Shown here piece after piece: positions 41,608-54,849 of a DNA stretch of 64,000 nt (position 1 is the stretch's first letter; each line of letters opens with the position of its first letter). The stretch comes from Octopus sinensis. Lineage: Eukaryota. The notes beneath the pieces are model-generated. The model was given only the letters and a program-made list of their open reading frames with translations, was not told the origin of the DNA and searched no databases. The position numbers and the translations under genes are program-made. The DNA lies in NCBI RefSeq assembly GCF_006345805.1, contig NC_043014.1, positions 50,778,001 through 50,842,000 of the forward strand, given 5' to 3'.

Positions 41608-41924
41608 ATCATCATCACCATTTAGCGTCCGCTTTCCATGCTAGCATGGGTTGGACGGTTCAACTGGGGTCTGTGAAGCCAGAAGGCTGTATCAGGCCCA
41701 GTCTGATCTGGCAGTGTTTCTACGGCTGGATGCCCTTCCTAACGCCAACCACTCCGTGAGTGTAGTGGATGCTTTTTACGTGCCACCCGCACAGGTGCCA
41801 GACGGAGTGGGCAAACGGCCACGAACGGATGGTGCTTTTACGTGCCACCGGCACGGGGGCCAGGCGAGGCTGGCAACGGACACGAGCGGATGGTTCTTTT
41901 ACGTGCCACCTGCTTTCACGTGCC
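41608..41924 (-). mobile_element. GC-rich retroposon fragment with (GAT)n tail and three ~61-bp internal repeats
   Basis: Tail atcatcatc at the left end; ttttacgtgccacc at ~41774, 41836 and 41897; tail type resembles RTE 3' ends. Confidence 0.75.
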
Positions 41925-42130
41925 AAAAATTAAGGCATTTAAAATAAATTTTCTGCGCAGATTGCTTATTAACAATTTTTCGCTCCTGAGTCCTCATATA
42001 TCTTTCACCACGGGTAAGTTCCGCTTTACTGGTAATTTTTTTTTTTCCTTTGTTGCTTGGCATGTTTACGTTACCTATACAAGAGGAATCCGAGTGAAAG
42101 CTTTGGAAAGCTTTCATCAAAATACATATA

Positions 42131-42307
42131 GGCGCAGGAGTGGCTGTGTGGTAAGTAGCTTGCTAACCAACCACATGGTTCCGGGCTCAGTCCCACTGCG
42201 TGGAATCTTGGGCAAGTGTCTTCTGCTATAGCCCCGGGCCGGTCAAAGCCTTCTGAGTGGATTTGGTAGACGGAAACTGAAAGAAGCCTGTCGTAATTAT
42301 GTATGTG

Positions 42308-42340
<33 letters not shown>

Positions 42341-42564
42341 ATGTGTTTGTGTGTCTGTGTTTGACCCCCTAGCATTGCTTGGCAACCGATGCTGGTGTGT
42401 TTACGTCCCCGTCATTAGCGGTTCGGCAAAAGAGACCGATAGAATAAGCACTGGGCTTACAAAGAATAAGTCCCGGGGTCGATTTGATCGACTAAAGGCG
42501 GTGCTCCAGCATGGCCGCAGTCAACTGACTGAAACAAGTAAAAGAGTAAAAGAGTAAAAGAGAG
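42131..42564 (+). mobile_element. SINE family B, full length
   Basis: tRNA-like head, internal (TA)(TG), (TAAAAGAG)3 tail. Confidence 0.92.
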
Positions 42565-43260
42565 AATATATATGTGTGTGTTTGTGTGTCTGTGTTTGTC
42601 CCCCTAGCATTGCTTGACAACCGATGCTGGTGTGTTTACGTCACCGTCACTTAGCGGTTCGGAAGAAGAACCGATATAATAAGTTCTGGGCTTACAAAAG
42701 AATAAGTCCCGGGGTCGATTTGATCGACTAAAGGCGGTGCTCCAACATGGCCGCAGTCAAATCACTGAAACAAGTAAAAGAGTAAAAGAGTAAAAGAGAG
42801 AATATATGTGTGTGTGTGTTTGTGTGTCTGTGTGTGTCCCCCTAGCATTGCTTGACAACCGATGCTGGTGTGTTGTACGTCTCCGTCATTAGCGGTTCGC
42901 AAAAGAGACCGATAGAATAAGCACCGGCTTACAAAGAATAAGTCCCGGGGTCGATTTGATCGACTAAAGGCGGTGCTCCAGCATGGCCGCAGTCAAATGA
43001 CTGAAACAAGTAAAAGAGTAAAAGAGTAAAAGAGAGAATATATGTGTATGTGTGTTTGTGTGTCTGTGTGTGTCCCCCTAGCATTGCTTGACAACCGATG
43101 CTGGTGTGTTTACGTCTCCGTCACCTAGCGGTTCGGCAAAAGAGACCGATAGAATAAGTACTGGGCTTACAAAAGAATAAGTCCCGGGGTCGATTTGATC
43201 GACTAAAGGCGGTGCTCCAGCATGGCCGCAGTCAAAATGACTGAAACAAGTAAAAGAGTA
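42565..43260 (+). repeat. Tandem array of three extra 236-bp copies of the SINE-B 3' half
   Basis: Units 42565-42800, 42801-43036 and 43037-43260. Confidence 0.95.
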
Positions 43261-44111
43261 TTATTTAATTAAAGAACACAGCGTTCAATTCTTTGGATGA
43301 ACGCAATGACTGAAATGAAAAATGGTTACGTTGAACTCACGCGGTAATCTAGAATTGTAAACTTAGTAAGATATTGTGCAAAACGTAATATGTAATCCAC
43401 ATATTTGTATCGTATTAAATGTTTAAATCGATCGTTGACTTGTCTGTTTTAATTACAAATGAAATTTATTTATGCAAATTAAATGTTTCTGCTTAAAACG
43501 ATTTTATCCACTTTCGCTGAAAGTATTTTTATAGATACTTTTAAATATTAAAGCCAAACACCATTATCTCAATGTATAATAGCAACATTTGCTTATAATT
43601 TTTAAAAATATCATTGCATGAGAGATAATTAATTAATCCATAAAATATATTTAATTGAACCAATTACGTGAAAACTATTTATATTTTCAAAAGTGTTTGC
43701 TAACTAAGCTTTGTCAAATGTATTGCTGGAACTATCTAATATGGAAAAGTGATAAATTTTCAATTTTAGTATAGTTTCATTAAGTAATGTATACCAATGA
43801 AATATAATAACTTACTTTGCAAAATATTCTGCTATGTTTTTGTTTATTTTTCATAAATTAATTATATTATTCCGTTTGATTTGAAAACAGAGTAATGAAT
43901 CATTCATGATACAAACCATAACTACATTTTGATGAAGTCTTAGCAATTATACATTAAATAAAATGATATTCATAGCGAAATATATGTTTAAAGGAAAACA
44001 CAGCAATATTGTATGTGATTTAGTTCTTTCGTGTTTGTCGTGTTCATTAAATTACCATTTATGTTTGACATATTTCAAAGTCTGTAGAAGCACGAGACTT
44101 ATAGTTTATAC

Positions 44112-44640
44112 ATTCGGCTTTCGTTCCCTGGTTCGATTCTCGTTGTCCTTGAGCAAGGCAGTTGGTTTCCCATTGCTCCACTCCACTCAGCTCGTAAGGA
44201 GGAGGGTATCTTTATATCAGAAGGTCCAGCCTTGTCACATTCTATGTTACACTCTCTGCTCCCGAGAATTACGTTAAGCTTACGCGTTTCTGTGGAGCGG
44301 TCAACCTCTTGCACGTTAATGCCTATTTCTTTTCTAGCCACAAGGGGCTAAGCACAGAGGGGACAAACAAGGACATACAAACCGATTAATTCGATTAGAT
44401 CGACCCCAGCGCGAAACTGGTACTAAATTTATCGACCTAGAAAGGATGAAAGGCAAAGTCGACCTCGGCGGGATTTGAACTCAGAACGTAACGGCAGACG
44501 AAATACGGCTACGCATTTCGCCCAGCGCGCTAACGTTTCTGCCATCTCGCCGCTTTCTTGCACGTTAATGCCACGGGCACGCTGTTCCGTTTACCGGATC
44601 ATCAGGAACACCGTTCGTCTTGACCGATGGAGTGCCAGTT
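44112..44640 (+). mobile_element. Old SINE family D interrupted by a family A insertion
   Basis: gtccttgagcaaggca central block; continuity restored when 44324-44572 is removed. Confidence 0.8.
44324..44555 (-). mobile_element. SINE family A nested in SINE D with a perfect 17-bp TSD
   Basis: tcttgcacgttaatgcc at 44307-44323 and 44556-44572. Confidence 0.95.
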
Positions 44641-46467
44641 GTTTCTAAAAAAATAGTCTTTCATATCCTTGTATGTCATATGCACTGATTTGGTTTTGTG
44701 TATATCATATTATTTTCTTGATCACCTCACATTTTTACTGAATGGAGACAGGTTCAGCAACACCACCGTTAAATCTTATGATATCCTGAAATTCATCAGT
44801 AACTGTAGTTTGCAATAAGGACACCTGAAGGAAAACGACAATTAAAACTAGAAATAATTAATTAGCATTCAGTCTGGTCGTTCTAAATTTAACGTATAAT
44901 TAGGCACTGATGAACCTAGGCTCCGCAATCCTATGATTGCAGAGAAAGCGGGTAGCATTTCGAAATTTACGAATCTACATATGGCGGCATGAATAATTCA
45001 GAATTCTGCAGTCCATAAATTGCTATAAAGTCAAAGAACCGTAATAAGACATCTAAGATGCCTTCAATTTAAGTATACTCGATCTAAGGTTATCATGACT
45101 AAATCTAAAGAACAGAAAGGCATCATGGAATATTAGACGATCCATTATGTTTGATATCCGTTTCAAGTTGGTGTATATTTAATATTTGGTTTATATATCT
45201 ATGCACTTAGACAATACTTAACCTTTGGTAAGTATATAAAATTATTGGGAGAATACCAAAATAGTTCCGTGAGTCATGAGACAACAATCCTGCAACTTAT
45301 AGAATATATTATTTGGCATCAACAATGATATCAATAAAATGTGGTACAATTATTTTTTTCTTTTCCATATACACTTTTAGCTCGTTTGAAAGAAATACGT
45401 TTATAATCTGACAAAAAAATATATTTTATATCTTCTACGCACGTCTGAAAAAAATAAAACTTATTCGAAATATTTAATCTATGAAAGCCATCAGTCAGAC
45501 TATGTATATCTCGTTTCTTTCAACTGTACGAAAATTAATCCGACGACATTAACTATACGTAAGAAGATTTATATTAATGGACATCACAGGAAGGAAGAAA
45601 ATTCTTAAAATATTATTTAGTTGTGAATGTTTGCTCAATTTTGCAATGTAATTTTGCAAAATAATAGACCTGAGTTGCTGGGTTTCGGAAGGATATTCAA
45701 ATTAATGGTAAGTAATGATTGTATTGGTAAACTGCCAGTTTATAAAATATACGACATCTTTTAACATTGAAGTAAAAATGGCTGAAACTGTTTTGGCTTC
45801 GTGCGAATCTTGTACATCAAACGGTCCATTTAGAGAAAATGGACGCTTTCACCTTGTGACTATAAAAGTTGGCAAATATCATATAGAATTACACATAGAT
45901 ATAACCGAGTTCAAAGGAAATCTAATACACAGTATTCGAGGACTAATATTGCATCGGTTCTTCTACTGCTATACTCCAAACAAGAAATAGAACATCAATG
46001 TTTAAAATGCAACTCCAACCAAAGCGACCATCATAAAGACACATAAGCACAAACACACACACACACACACACACACACGCATAGACACCAGTCATACATA
46101 CATACACACGAACGCAAGCACAATGGGAAAATAAGCAAAAAAGCACACTAACACACGCACACAGACACATACAAAGGCATGGAAGGTATATAAATATATA
46201 TGTATGTATGTATATATATATATATATATTATATATATATATATATATAATATATATATATATATATGTATGTATATAAAATTGTCTATGTTAGTGTTTA
46301 TTTGAAGCTATACAAATGCATATAAATGAACAAATATGCATATAAATACGATTGCACGCCACACCTAAATATCTGAACATTCATAGACACACACACAAAC
46401 ACACACACACACGCTTGTGCATGCGCGTGTCTGGCCACAGACATAGAAATAGACATATACAAATGTG

Positions 46468-46518
<51 letters not shown>

Positions 46519-47018
46519 GTGTTTTTGTGTGTATGTGTATGTGTGTATAAACTCCCCATTAGTTTGGTAACCTTCAGTGCTTGCATGAATAGACATATTA
46601 TTATCGATCGTTATGGAATTCGAAAAGGATATACATTATAAAACAATATTATTTAAATGTCCTGTAGTTTTTAGCCACTTGTGTTGACGGCGGGAATAAA
46701 AGGTCCTGCGGTATTTGTTTCCAAATCTCTGTGTTCGAATTTCGAATCGCACTGAGGCCATATTAAATTTTCACTATTTCAAAAATAAATACAGCATGGC
46801 AGACAGACGGATTGGCGGAAATAATAAGAGACGAGGGATGAAACCGGGAGTAAGCACCTTTTATATTCCCACGTTACAACTGCGATGACTGTGAAGCGAA
46901 CTGTTATCAACAACTCTTAATTAATTTATCTTTCATAAAATTTCGGTGTTAGAAAATATACAAATTGCATCTGCAGTCAACTCCATTATTCAGAAATAAA
47001 ACCTATAGTTGAATACAA

Positions 47019-47056
<38 letters not shown>

Positions 47057-47081
47057 ACACACACACACACATTCACACACA

Positions 47082-47164
<83 letters not shown>

Positions 47165-47252
47165 TATAGTTCAAATTTATAGAAACACAAAAGACGAAGA
47201 CAGGTGTATACAAGCAAGTCTTTTGTTCTGACGGTCGGGAAAGTGAAGAAGA

Positions 47253-47288
47253 CTTTTGCGTTTCGAGCCTATGCTCTTCAACTGAAAG
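47253..47288 (-). ncRNA. Decayed minimal hammerhead-like motif in a short insert next to (TA)n
   Basis: Minus strand CUUU-CAGUUGA-A-GAGC(AUAG)GCUC-GAAAC-GCA-AAAG; same stem II and register as 3366-3400. Confidence 0.45.
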
Positions 47289-47322
47289 GAATCAGAGAAA
47301 ATAAGCAGAGAGGATATATATC

Positions 47323-47625
47323 GGGGTCGATCAAATAAGTACCAGTTACGCACTGGGGTCGATATAATCGACTTAATCCGTTTGTCTCTCCTTGTTTGTC
47401 CTCTCTGTGTTTAGCCCCCTGTGGGTAGTACAGAAATAGGTACTTCATCTGCCGGTACGTTCTGAGTTCAAATCTGCCGAGGTCGACTTTGCCTATGACC
47501 CTTTCGAGGTCGATAAATTAAGTACCAGTTACGCACTGGGGTCGATATAATCGACTTTATCCGCTTGTCCCTCATTGTTTGTCCTCTCTGTGTTTATCCC
47601 CCTTGTGAATGGTAAAGAAATAGGA
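47323..47625 (+). mobile_element. 5'-truncated dimeric SINE family A
   Basis: Two core-tail1 modules; junction gtacagaaata|ggtacttcatctg. Confidence 0.87.
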
Positions 47626-48277
47626 AATAGGCCATATATCTGTCATCATACACACAACTGTATCAAAGTTACTACTCCAGCAGATCAGCCCACTCCCTTA
47701 TGCATTCCTCTCACTACCACAGCATCACCCATACATATTAAGAATGATCCCTGTTAATGTCTGATTATATTTCATGTCCCTTACACCCTAAAATCATATA
47801 ACAGTATATAAATTTTCCTCTCCCTCGCACCATCTAGCATAACAAATAAAGCATTCTCGTTGATGCAAATATATAACGATCATTTTAAAAATATTTGGAA
47901 AATATAACATATATGTTTTTTGCGTATGATCGGCAGAGCATATCCAAAGACGCAATGTCACATTTGAAACGTTAATTCCTTAGAAATCAATAGTATTATA
48001 TTTCACTCTTTAGACATACTTCATTAATTCCAACACGAACAAACTGGCGAATTGCCATCAAATGCTTTAGTCAATTATATTAAAACCAACTACTTATTTC
48101 CTTTTGATATATCCATCGAATTCTTGTCAGCAAGTCTGATTTCTCCTTTCTTCTTTTTCTTACCTCGCTGAAGGCTACAAAAGTAGACAATCCTGTTTCC
48201 ACCGGCAAACATTTTCACTGAAACTAACATACAAATACTTGCGGAAAGGACTATTCAGACTCGCCTATTCTCTAAAC

Positions 48278-48485
48278 GGCGAGTTGGCAGAATCGTTAGC
48301 ACACCGGGCGAAATGCCTAGCGGTATTTCGTCTGCCGTTACGTTCGGAGTTCAAATTACGCCGAGGTCGACTTTGCCTTTCATCCTTTCGGGGTCGATAA
48401 AATAAGTACCAGTTACGCACTGGGGTCGATGTCTGACCTTTTTTGTCCCCTTTATGTTTATCTCCCAGTGTGCAGTAAAGAAATG
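48278..48485 (+). mobile_element. SINE family A monomer with an internally deleted tail
   Basis: Complete head/core, short tail ending gtaaagaaat. Confidence 0.88.
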
Positions 48486-49694
48486 AATATTTATCACAAA
48501 TATTTTCTGCTGGTATTTGAATTCGCTTCATGGCTTACGTTTATTTAATTTCATTGTTGGTTTTCAGAGAAAAAGAATACCGAAGATGAGATCAAGCAAT
48601 TGAAAAGGCTATAGTGTTCTTACCTATTACGGTTGATGGTACTGACTTTACAATACCAAAGACACTTGCGCCATGGATAAGTGATAAGGTCAATAAAAGT
48701 GATTAATTGTAACATCCATGTTATATTCCGTTACCTCTTCACCCTGTGAAAGGTTATCGCAGCCATTGTTTCGCATAGAACTATAATTAGTGTGTGGAAC
48801 AGTTGTGCATTCTGCTATAATTTTATGCATTGACGATATAGCCTGGTCTCAGATAATATATTTACTTTATACACGACATAACAACCATCGACTTGTCGAC
48901 TATCCGTTAGATATTTCGGCATAGCATCAACACTCATATAAACGTACATCTCTCCATTAATATGAAATATTATATAGAGAGTTTGAATTTCATTGATTTT
49001 CTTCGCTGTCATATATCTTTGCGTGACTATTATTTTTTAATAATAATTATCTTTCAAATTTTGTAAACAATAATGTATTCCATTGAATTCCCAATGACGT
49101 ATAAAAATTGAATTTAAAGCAAAATCGTGTTTTACAATGTTCTAACAGGTAGTTTATTTATATATTTTTTCTGTTGACTGTAGGAATAATGCACTGCGAT
49201 GGAAGTAACAAACACAAGTGATGGATAAACGCCAATTCCAGTCGTTCGCAGAGAAATATTTTAACATTTTCTCTGGTAATAAACTCACTCGATTTGGCCT
49301 CTCTCTCTGAATTAAATCTATCTGGCGTATAGCCACGCAGCTTAAAATCACTCAATGGATAGCTTATTGGGTTTCGTCCATATATTTCATGTTTATGAAT
49401 GATATATGTAGCGGCAGCGTATTATGCATGTTCTAAAGTTAAATGTATTACGAATTGCAGCAAGATATTACAAATTGCAGACACTTGTACATGAAGTGGA
49501 TATATACAAAATCCTATAAAGAAAACAAAAACTATTCCTGTTTACATGAATATTTTTGCCAAATTCTTCAGCTCTCTGCTTGCCAATTGCTATGATGTGA
49601 ACTATATAGTATTATACGTCACAAATGCAAGAACTTAAAATATATCTACGGATAACTACCTTAATATTTATAAACGCTTTTCATTTAGAATACA

Positions 49695-49697
49695 TAT

Positions 49698-49742
<45 letters not shown>

Positions 49743-49745
49743 CAT

Positions 49746-49780
<35 letters not shown>

Positions 49781-49916
49781 CATATATATATACATATATA
49801 TATACATATACATATACATACATATACATACATATATATATACATATATATATAATTTATAGTTATATATATATATTTATATAAAGTAATTTGATATTAT
49901 ATATATATATATATAT

Positions 49917-49956
<40 letters not shown>

Positions 49957-49985
49957 ATAGATAGATAGATACATACATACATGAA
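49695..49985. repeat. (CA)n-(TA)n...(TA)n-(GA)n-(GATA)n compound array
   Basis: Direct reading. Confidence 0.95.
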
Positions 49986-50644
49986 TACATGTATACTTCA
50001 CCTTCACACTGAGATATTTTAAAGTATTACAGCGTAAACAAATTTCTATTTTTAAATAGATTATTCAAATGTTAAAGCAGTGTAAGACTTTCACATAAAA
50101 TTATCTTTATTTTATTCGCTCAATCGACATAAAGCAACGGAATGAGAAATATGTTAGCATAAAGACACGCCTAATGAAATTGTAAATTATTTATTACTAA
50201 TATTCGTAAAATATAGTTTTGTGTGTCACCATGTAACTTCGCTAAGATTGTGCGCACGACTGCGCGATTTATGTCATTGTGCGCATGCTTGCTTTGTGTG
50301 TATTTCAATGATTTCTGTGTGTTTGTTTACGTCAGTGTTCATTTTCCATCGCTATATATTAAGATTTTTTATTCAAGCTTATGCTTTGTAATATAATTTC
50401 AAAGGATACCGTATTCTTTTCCTCTTTAACTTGTTTCAGTCATTCGATCGAGCGGATGTTGTAGCGCCGTCTCGAAGAGTTTAGTCAAATTAATCGGCTC
50501 CCGTACGTATTTTTAGCCTGAGACTTATTCCATCAATTTCCTTTGTGCCGGAACCTCGGCGTAAACAAACCGATACCGGTTACCCAAAAATGGGGAAAAA
50601 CAAAAACATGCACCTCAACGCAACGTCTCCCCTACCATATATAT

Positions 50645-50690
<46 letters not shown>

Positions 50691-51043
50691 ATGCATATTT
50701 ACTAGAGAGAATCTGAAGTGGAGAAGCGCGTCGTATGAATGCGGAAACTGTTTGCAAATGCAGAGATGGGCCTTGAGCAATTGAAGAAAACACTAGAACA
50801 GTGAAACTAAAGCCGGACAGACATAGTTGGAGAACGAGTTTCTTAGCCACAGTCAAATCTGCATCTCATTCGTTTCCATTTGAGGAGTCAAAAGGTAGAA
50901 GCAGTATAACGACGGTGGACATTCCTCAACACCTTGTAATATATAACAATGTCTCCTTCTGTGTTCCGTCAGACACAATGTTAAGATTTCAGCGTCTAAT
51001 TAAAAGGATCTACAAAAGAAGAAAATCCTGCCACAAACACATC

Positions 51044-52265
51044 TATGAGGGCTGGATGAAGTATTCATAAGCTGAGCAAGATACTTACAAGCAATTTGAG
51101 CAAATAATGTTTATTTTTTCAACGTAGCCCCCTTTGCGGTCCGAACACTCCTTCCATCGCTATTAGAATGCCTGAATCCCATTCGTTTTCGTCCACTCGA
51201 CCAATCAAGTCATCAATGCAGGTCTGACGTCATCATGAGTGCGATATTGGTTCCCAGTCAAGTGTTATTCATGTCAGAGAACTGGTGATAGTAAAATGGA
51301 GTCAAATCAAGAGAATAAGGGAGGGAGATCAACCAGTTAAAACCAATAGTCAAACACACAGCAACCAGTGAAACCAAAGATTTGTGTGCTAGAGCATTGT
51401 CCTGATGAAATAAGACCCCAGGCCTTTCGTCAGTTTTCATTGGCGTTCGGTGTTGAGAGCATCTCGTAAATGCATCAGCAAGATGGTAGAATACTCTCTG
51501 TTGTTGGTTTGACCCTTTTAAAGATAGTTAATAACCACAATGCATTTTGTATCCTCAAAACCTGAGACCGTCAGCCACCCTGCAAATACAACAACCTTAG
51601 TCTTTTTTTGGAGCAGCCGAGGCGTGTTTCCACTGAATGAATTGTCTCTTTGTCTGTAGTTTAAAGAGATGAACCAAACGCTAATGTTGGTTTAGGAAAC
51701 GTTCAAGGAAACCAGCCTCAGATATTCGCTTGATAGGATCAACTTGGTTCGTTTCTGATCCGGTCTTAGAAGACGTGGAACCCACTAAGCAGAAGCAATC
51801 ATTGTGCAGAATATTCTCAACATGATAGGCTAATAGCATGGTTATTTGATATATTGTCAATCGGTTGTCATCGTTCTCTATGCGGTGAATATAATCAATA
51901 TTTTCCTTGTTGTAGGACGTCCATACCTCAGGTTATCTTCAAGACTCTCCCTTCCTCTCCTGAATTCAGCTGCCTAATTTCGAACTGTTGATAAAATTGG
52001 AGAGTCATCCGCTAATGTTGCAACCACGTCCAAATGAATGTCCTTGGGAGCTAAACTCCTTATCTGCAGGTACTTGACAACACCACGATGCCAAGTTTTG
52101 TTTATTCTCAAGAGACGTTGCTCCTAGATATTGTTGATATCCTCTTTAACCAGTTAGATGTCAGTTTACCTAGAAAATCGATGCTGTTATCAATACGGAG
52201 GGTTGAAATTAATGCATGTGAGATTTTACAGCTCCAACCTATAAGCTCTACCATCCCCTCTCATA
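51044..52265 (-). mobile_element. Old full-length mariner element with decayed transposase
   Basis: Minus-strand remnants HRGVVKYLQIRSLAPKDIH..STVRN*AAEFRRG, WVPRLLRPDQK, VLFHQDNALAHKS, LPYSLDLTPF; degenerate ends tatgagggctgg / ccatcccctctcata. Confidence 0.85.
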
Positions 52266-52689
52266 ATTATGTGTATATGTCGAGCTGTCAACATGTTTAC
52301 TTTATGTGTGTTTATGTGGGTGCTGGTGGGACGGTGTCGTTAGGTATGGCAGTAAATATAATTATCATAGAAAAATTCTTTCTCATATAACTTTGATTTG
52401 TCCTCTCCGTGATTCAATCATTGGAAGTGCGACGGTGTCCATGAGCCATTTCAATAATTATGAGAAGTATGAGAAGTAGATGGAAAGATGTTATACTCAG
52501 AACAGACATCCAAGCAGACTACATCGGATTTCAATGTATATATATATATATAATTTGCTGCAACTTATGCCTCCATGTTATATCTTTAATTCGATAAAAC
52601 TTGTCCACTCGTTTCTGAATTGTCTATTCTTTGTTTTTTTTTCTCATAGAAAACACATAAACGTTGATAGTTTATACATTATTTAACAG

Positions 52690-53330
52690 CTTCAATATTG
52701 AGTAGTGACAAAATAAATGGAATTTGAGCCGTTTCGGCTAAACGTCGGCAAAATGATTGAGTGCAAGGACAGCGACAAAAGAAATTAATGATGTGGAAGA
52801 CCCAAGAATAGTCAACGGACATGTGGCACAATTCTGGTTGAGACGTTTCAAGGAAGGTCGTAATATAAAAATCCATGTTTTCGTTCAGGCCAGGTTTTAG
52901 ATCCTGTTGTCAAACAAGGGTGGTTTGAACAGAAGGTTATGCTTGTTTGGTGTGGACATTTCAGCGGGTTTTTCACTTTCAGTTTCTTCATGCTGCAAAC
53001 ACTAATTTTATGCTCCCCAACGGCAACAAATATTTGATGCTTTCAAAACCCGCTTTTCCCCATTGGTCAATCGAAGACTCGCACTTTTACAACATGATAA
53101 CGCGCAGCAAACAGGGCCAATATAACCAAGTACACACTTGAGTTGCTGGAGGGGTTTGAAGAATTGTCTCACTCTATGCTGGGTTGGCCTAGTATGAGGC
53201 ACTAGGGAACCAAACAAATTTGAATTCTAGGGAGTTCATTGATAATACACTAAAGGGAGTAAAAGTCTTCAAACATTGATAATAAAACTTTTTTATTGTG
53301 AAGGAAAACAAAGTAGCGTGGACGTAGAGA
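52690..53330 (+). pseudogene. Internally deleted, heavily decayed mariner transposase
   Basis: ATKEINDV...VAQFWLRRFKEG, QKVMLVW and HDNA remnants. Confidence 0.65.
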
Positions 53331-54849
53331 GTTTGAAGGAAATCGTATCGAACGTGAGAAGCTCAAGCGAGCATTTTATAAGAATCTTCATGTGAATTTG
53401 AACATGTTGGAGCAATTCCTTATGTCACATATAACGAGTGTGGACGTACCTGACGAAGTAAGACAGGTCTTCGAAATTTTCAGAGAAGTTTCACTCCCAT
53501 GTTGATGCTTAAATACGTATTATACAACATCTCTACTTTCAGGGAGTGTTGTAAATCATGGGCATCGAGAGACCGATTAAATCGTCATATAAAGGTTCGC
53601 TAAAAAATAAATCAATGATATAATGCATATTACAGGAGTTGCCCATCTTTGCGATGTCTGTACGAATGAGTGACCGTCCCTAGCAGTATCGTAAAGTCAT
53701 GCCAGTGCTGCTCAAGAAACCAATCAAGCGATCCATTACTTCAAGTCGACTCGCAAACATATCTTTACATTATTTAAATCATTTACATTATTTTGGTTTC
53801 TTCAAAACAGAGTAAATTACATGCTACATAATTAGAAAGTGTATTAAATAACATGCACTTTTAATTCAAGGATGTCGGATCTTTTCTGTTTGATATAACA
53901 GGCCGCATGTGGCTTTTGTTTTAATACTAATACTTTGGTGATTTAGAAATAAGTAGACTTTCTTTGTCTTGCTTTGCTATTGTTCTTCAACAATAGATTT
54001 CTGATATATTTACAACTTTCTTTCAGTACTTATCTCGTCAACATATTAGTAACTGTCTCTTCTCTGTCTCTGTATGTGTGTGTGTGTGTGTGGTGTGTGT
54101 GTGTGTGTCTGTCTGTCTGTCTGTCTGTCTCTCTTTCTCTTTCTATTTCTCTCAATAGCATACTTACCAAAGAAATGTCTTCTCTATATACTGCGCAATA
54201 TTTTAAAATAATTCCAGTGATGGTTTACGGTCCATAGTATCAAATGTTCGTATTCCTGATTTCTTGTTGTTCAAAATGTAATTATTCATTTACTTATATT
54301 TCTCAGAAAGAATCAGCTACCGCCATCATGTTTAGTAACAAATTAAAGATTTTAAGTCTTTTCTTTATCGATTAATTTAGAACATGTCTATTTCTCTCTT
54401 GTAAAGAGGCAATGAGTTGTTTCTATAACAATATGCTCAGCTTCGCATTAAAAATTATATTGATAGAGAGAAGGCGATACATTAAATTATAGACCCAGAA
54501 CCTATAATCATTAAGATTCCATGTTCTGGCTTACTGTATATAAACCAGTGTTTTGTTAGAGTAAAATCTATTTTTTTATATTTTGTCTTTTAAGTGCTTC
54601 AGAATATAGCTATTACGGCGTCTCCGAGAATTTCTATTTAAGTCAGTACCTAGAGTTTATATTGCAGGGGACTCGAAGCTTGCGAAAAAAAACATTTATA
54701 GGCAAAAAGTAGTTAATGTACCTTTGTGTGCGGAACTTAAAGCTAGAGATAGGTATAAAAAATTGTTTTACATTTAACTGATAAATATGAATGATGGAAC
54801 GGAGCCTGTAACCCTTGGAAGCTCTATCTGCCCATTGGTATTGATAAGA

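Noticed and set aside
42565-43260. CRISPR-like reading of the tandem arrays (also 61912-62008)
   Set aside because: There are no unique spacers, the DNA is eukaryotic, no cas genes are present, and the units are SINE-derived or simple minisatellites.
44905-44960. CUGAUGA ... hairpin ... GAAAGCGGGUA
   Set aside because: Eight extra bases separate the core from the stem, and stems I and III do not pair.
45715-45990. 91-aa ORF with an internal aaaaATGG start (MAETVLASCESC...)
   Set aside because: No recognisable homology or splice support; the length is within chance expectation.
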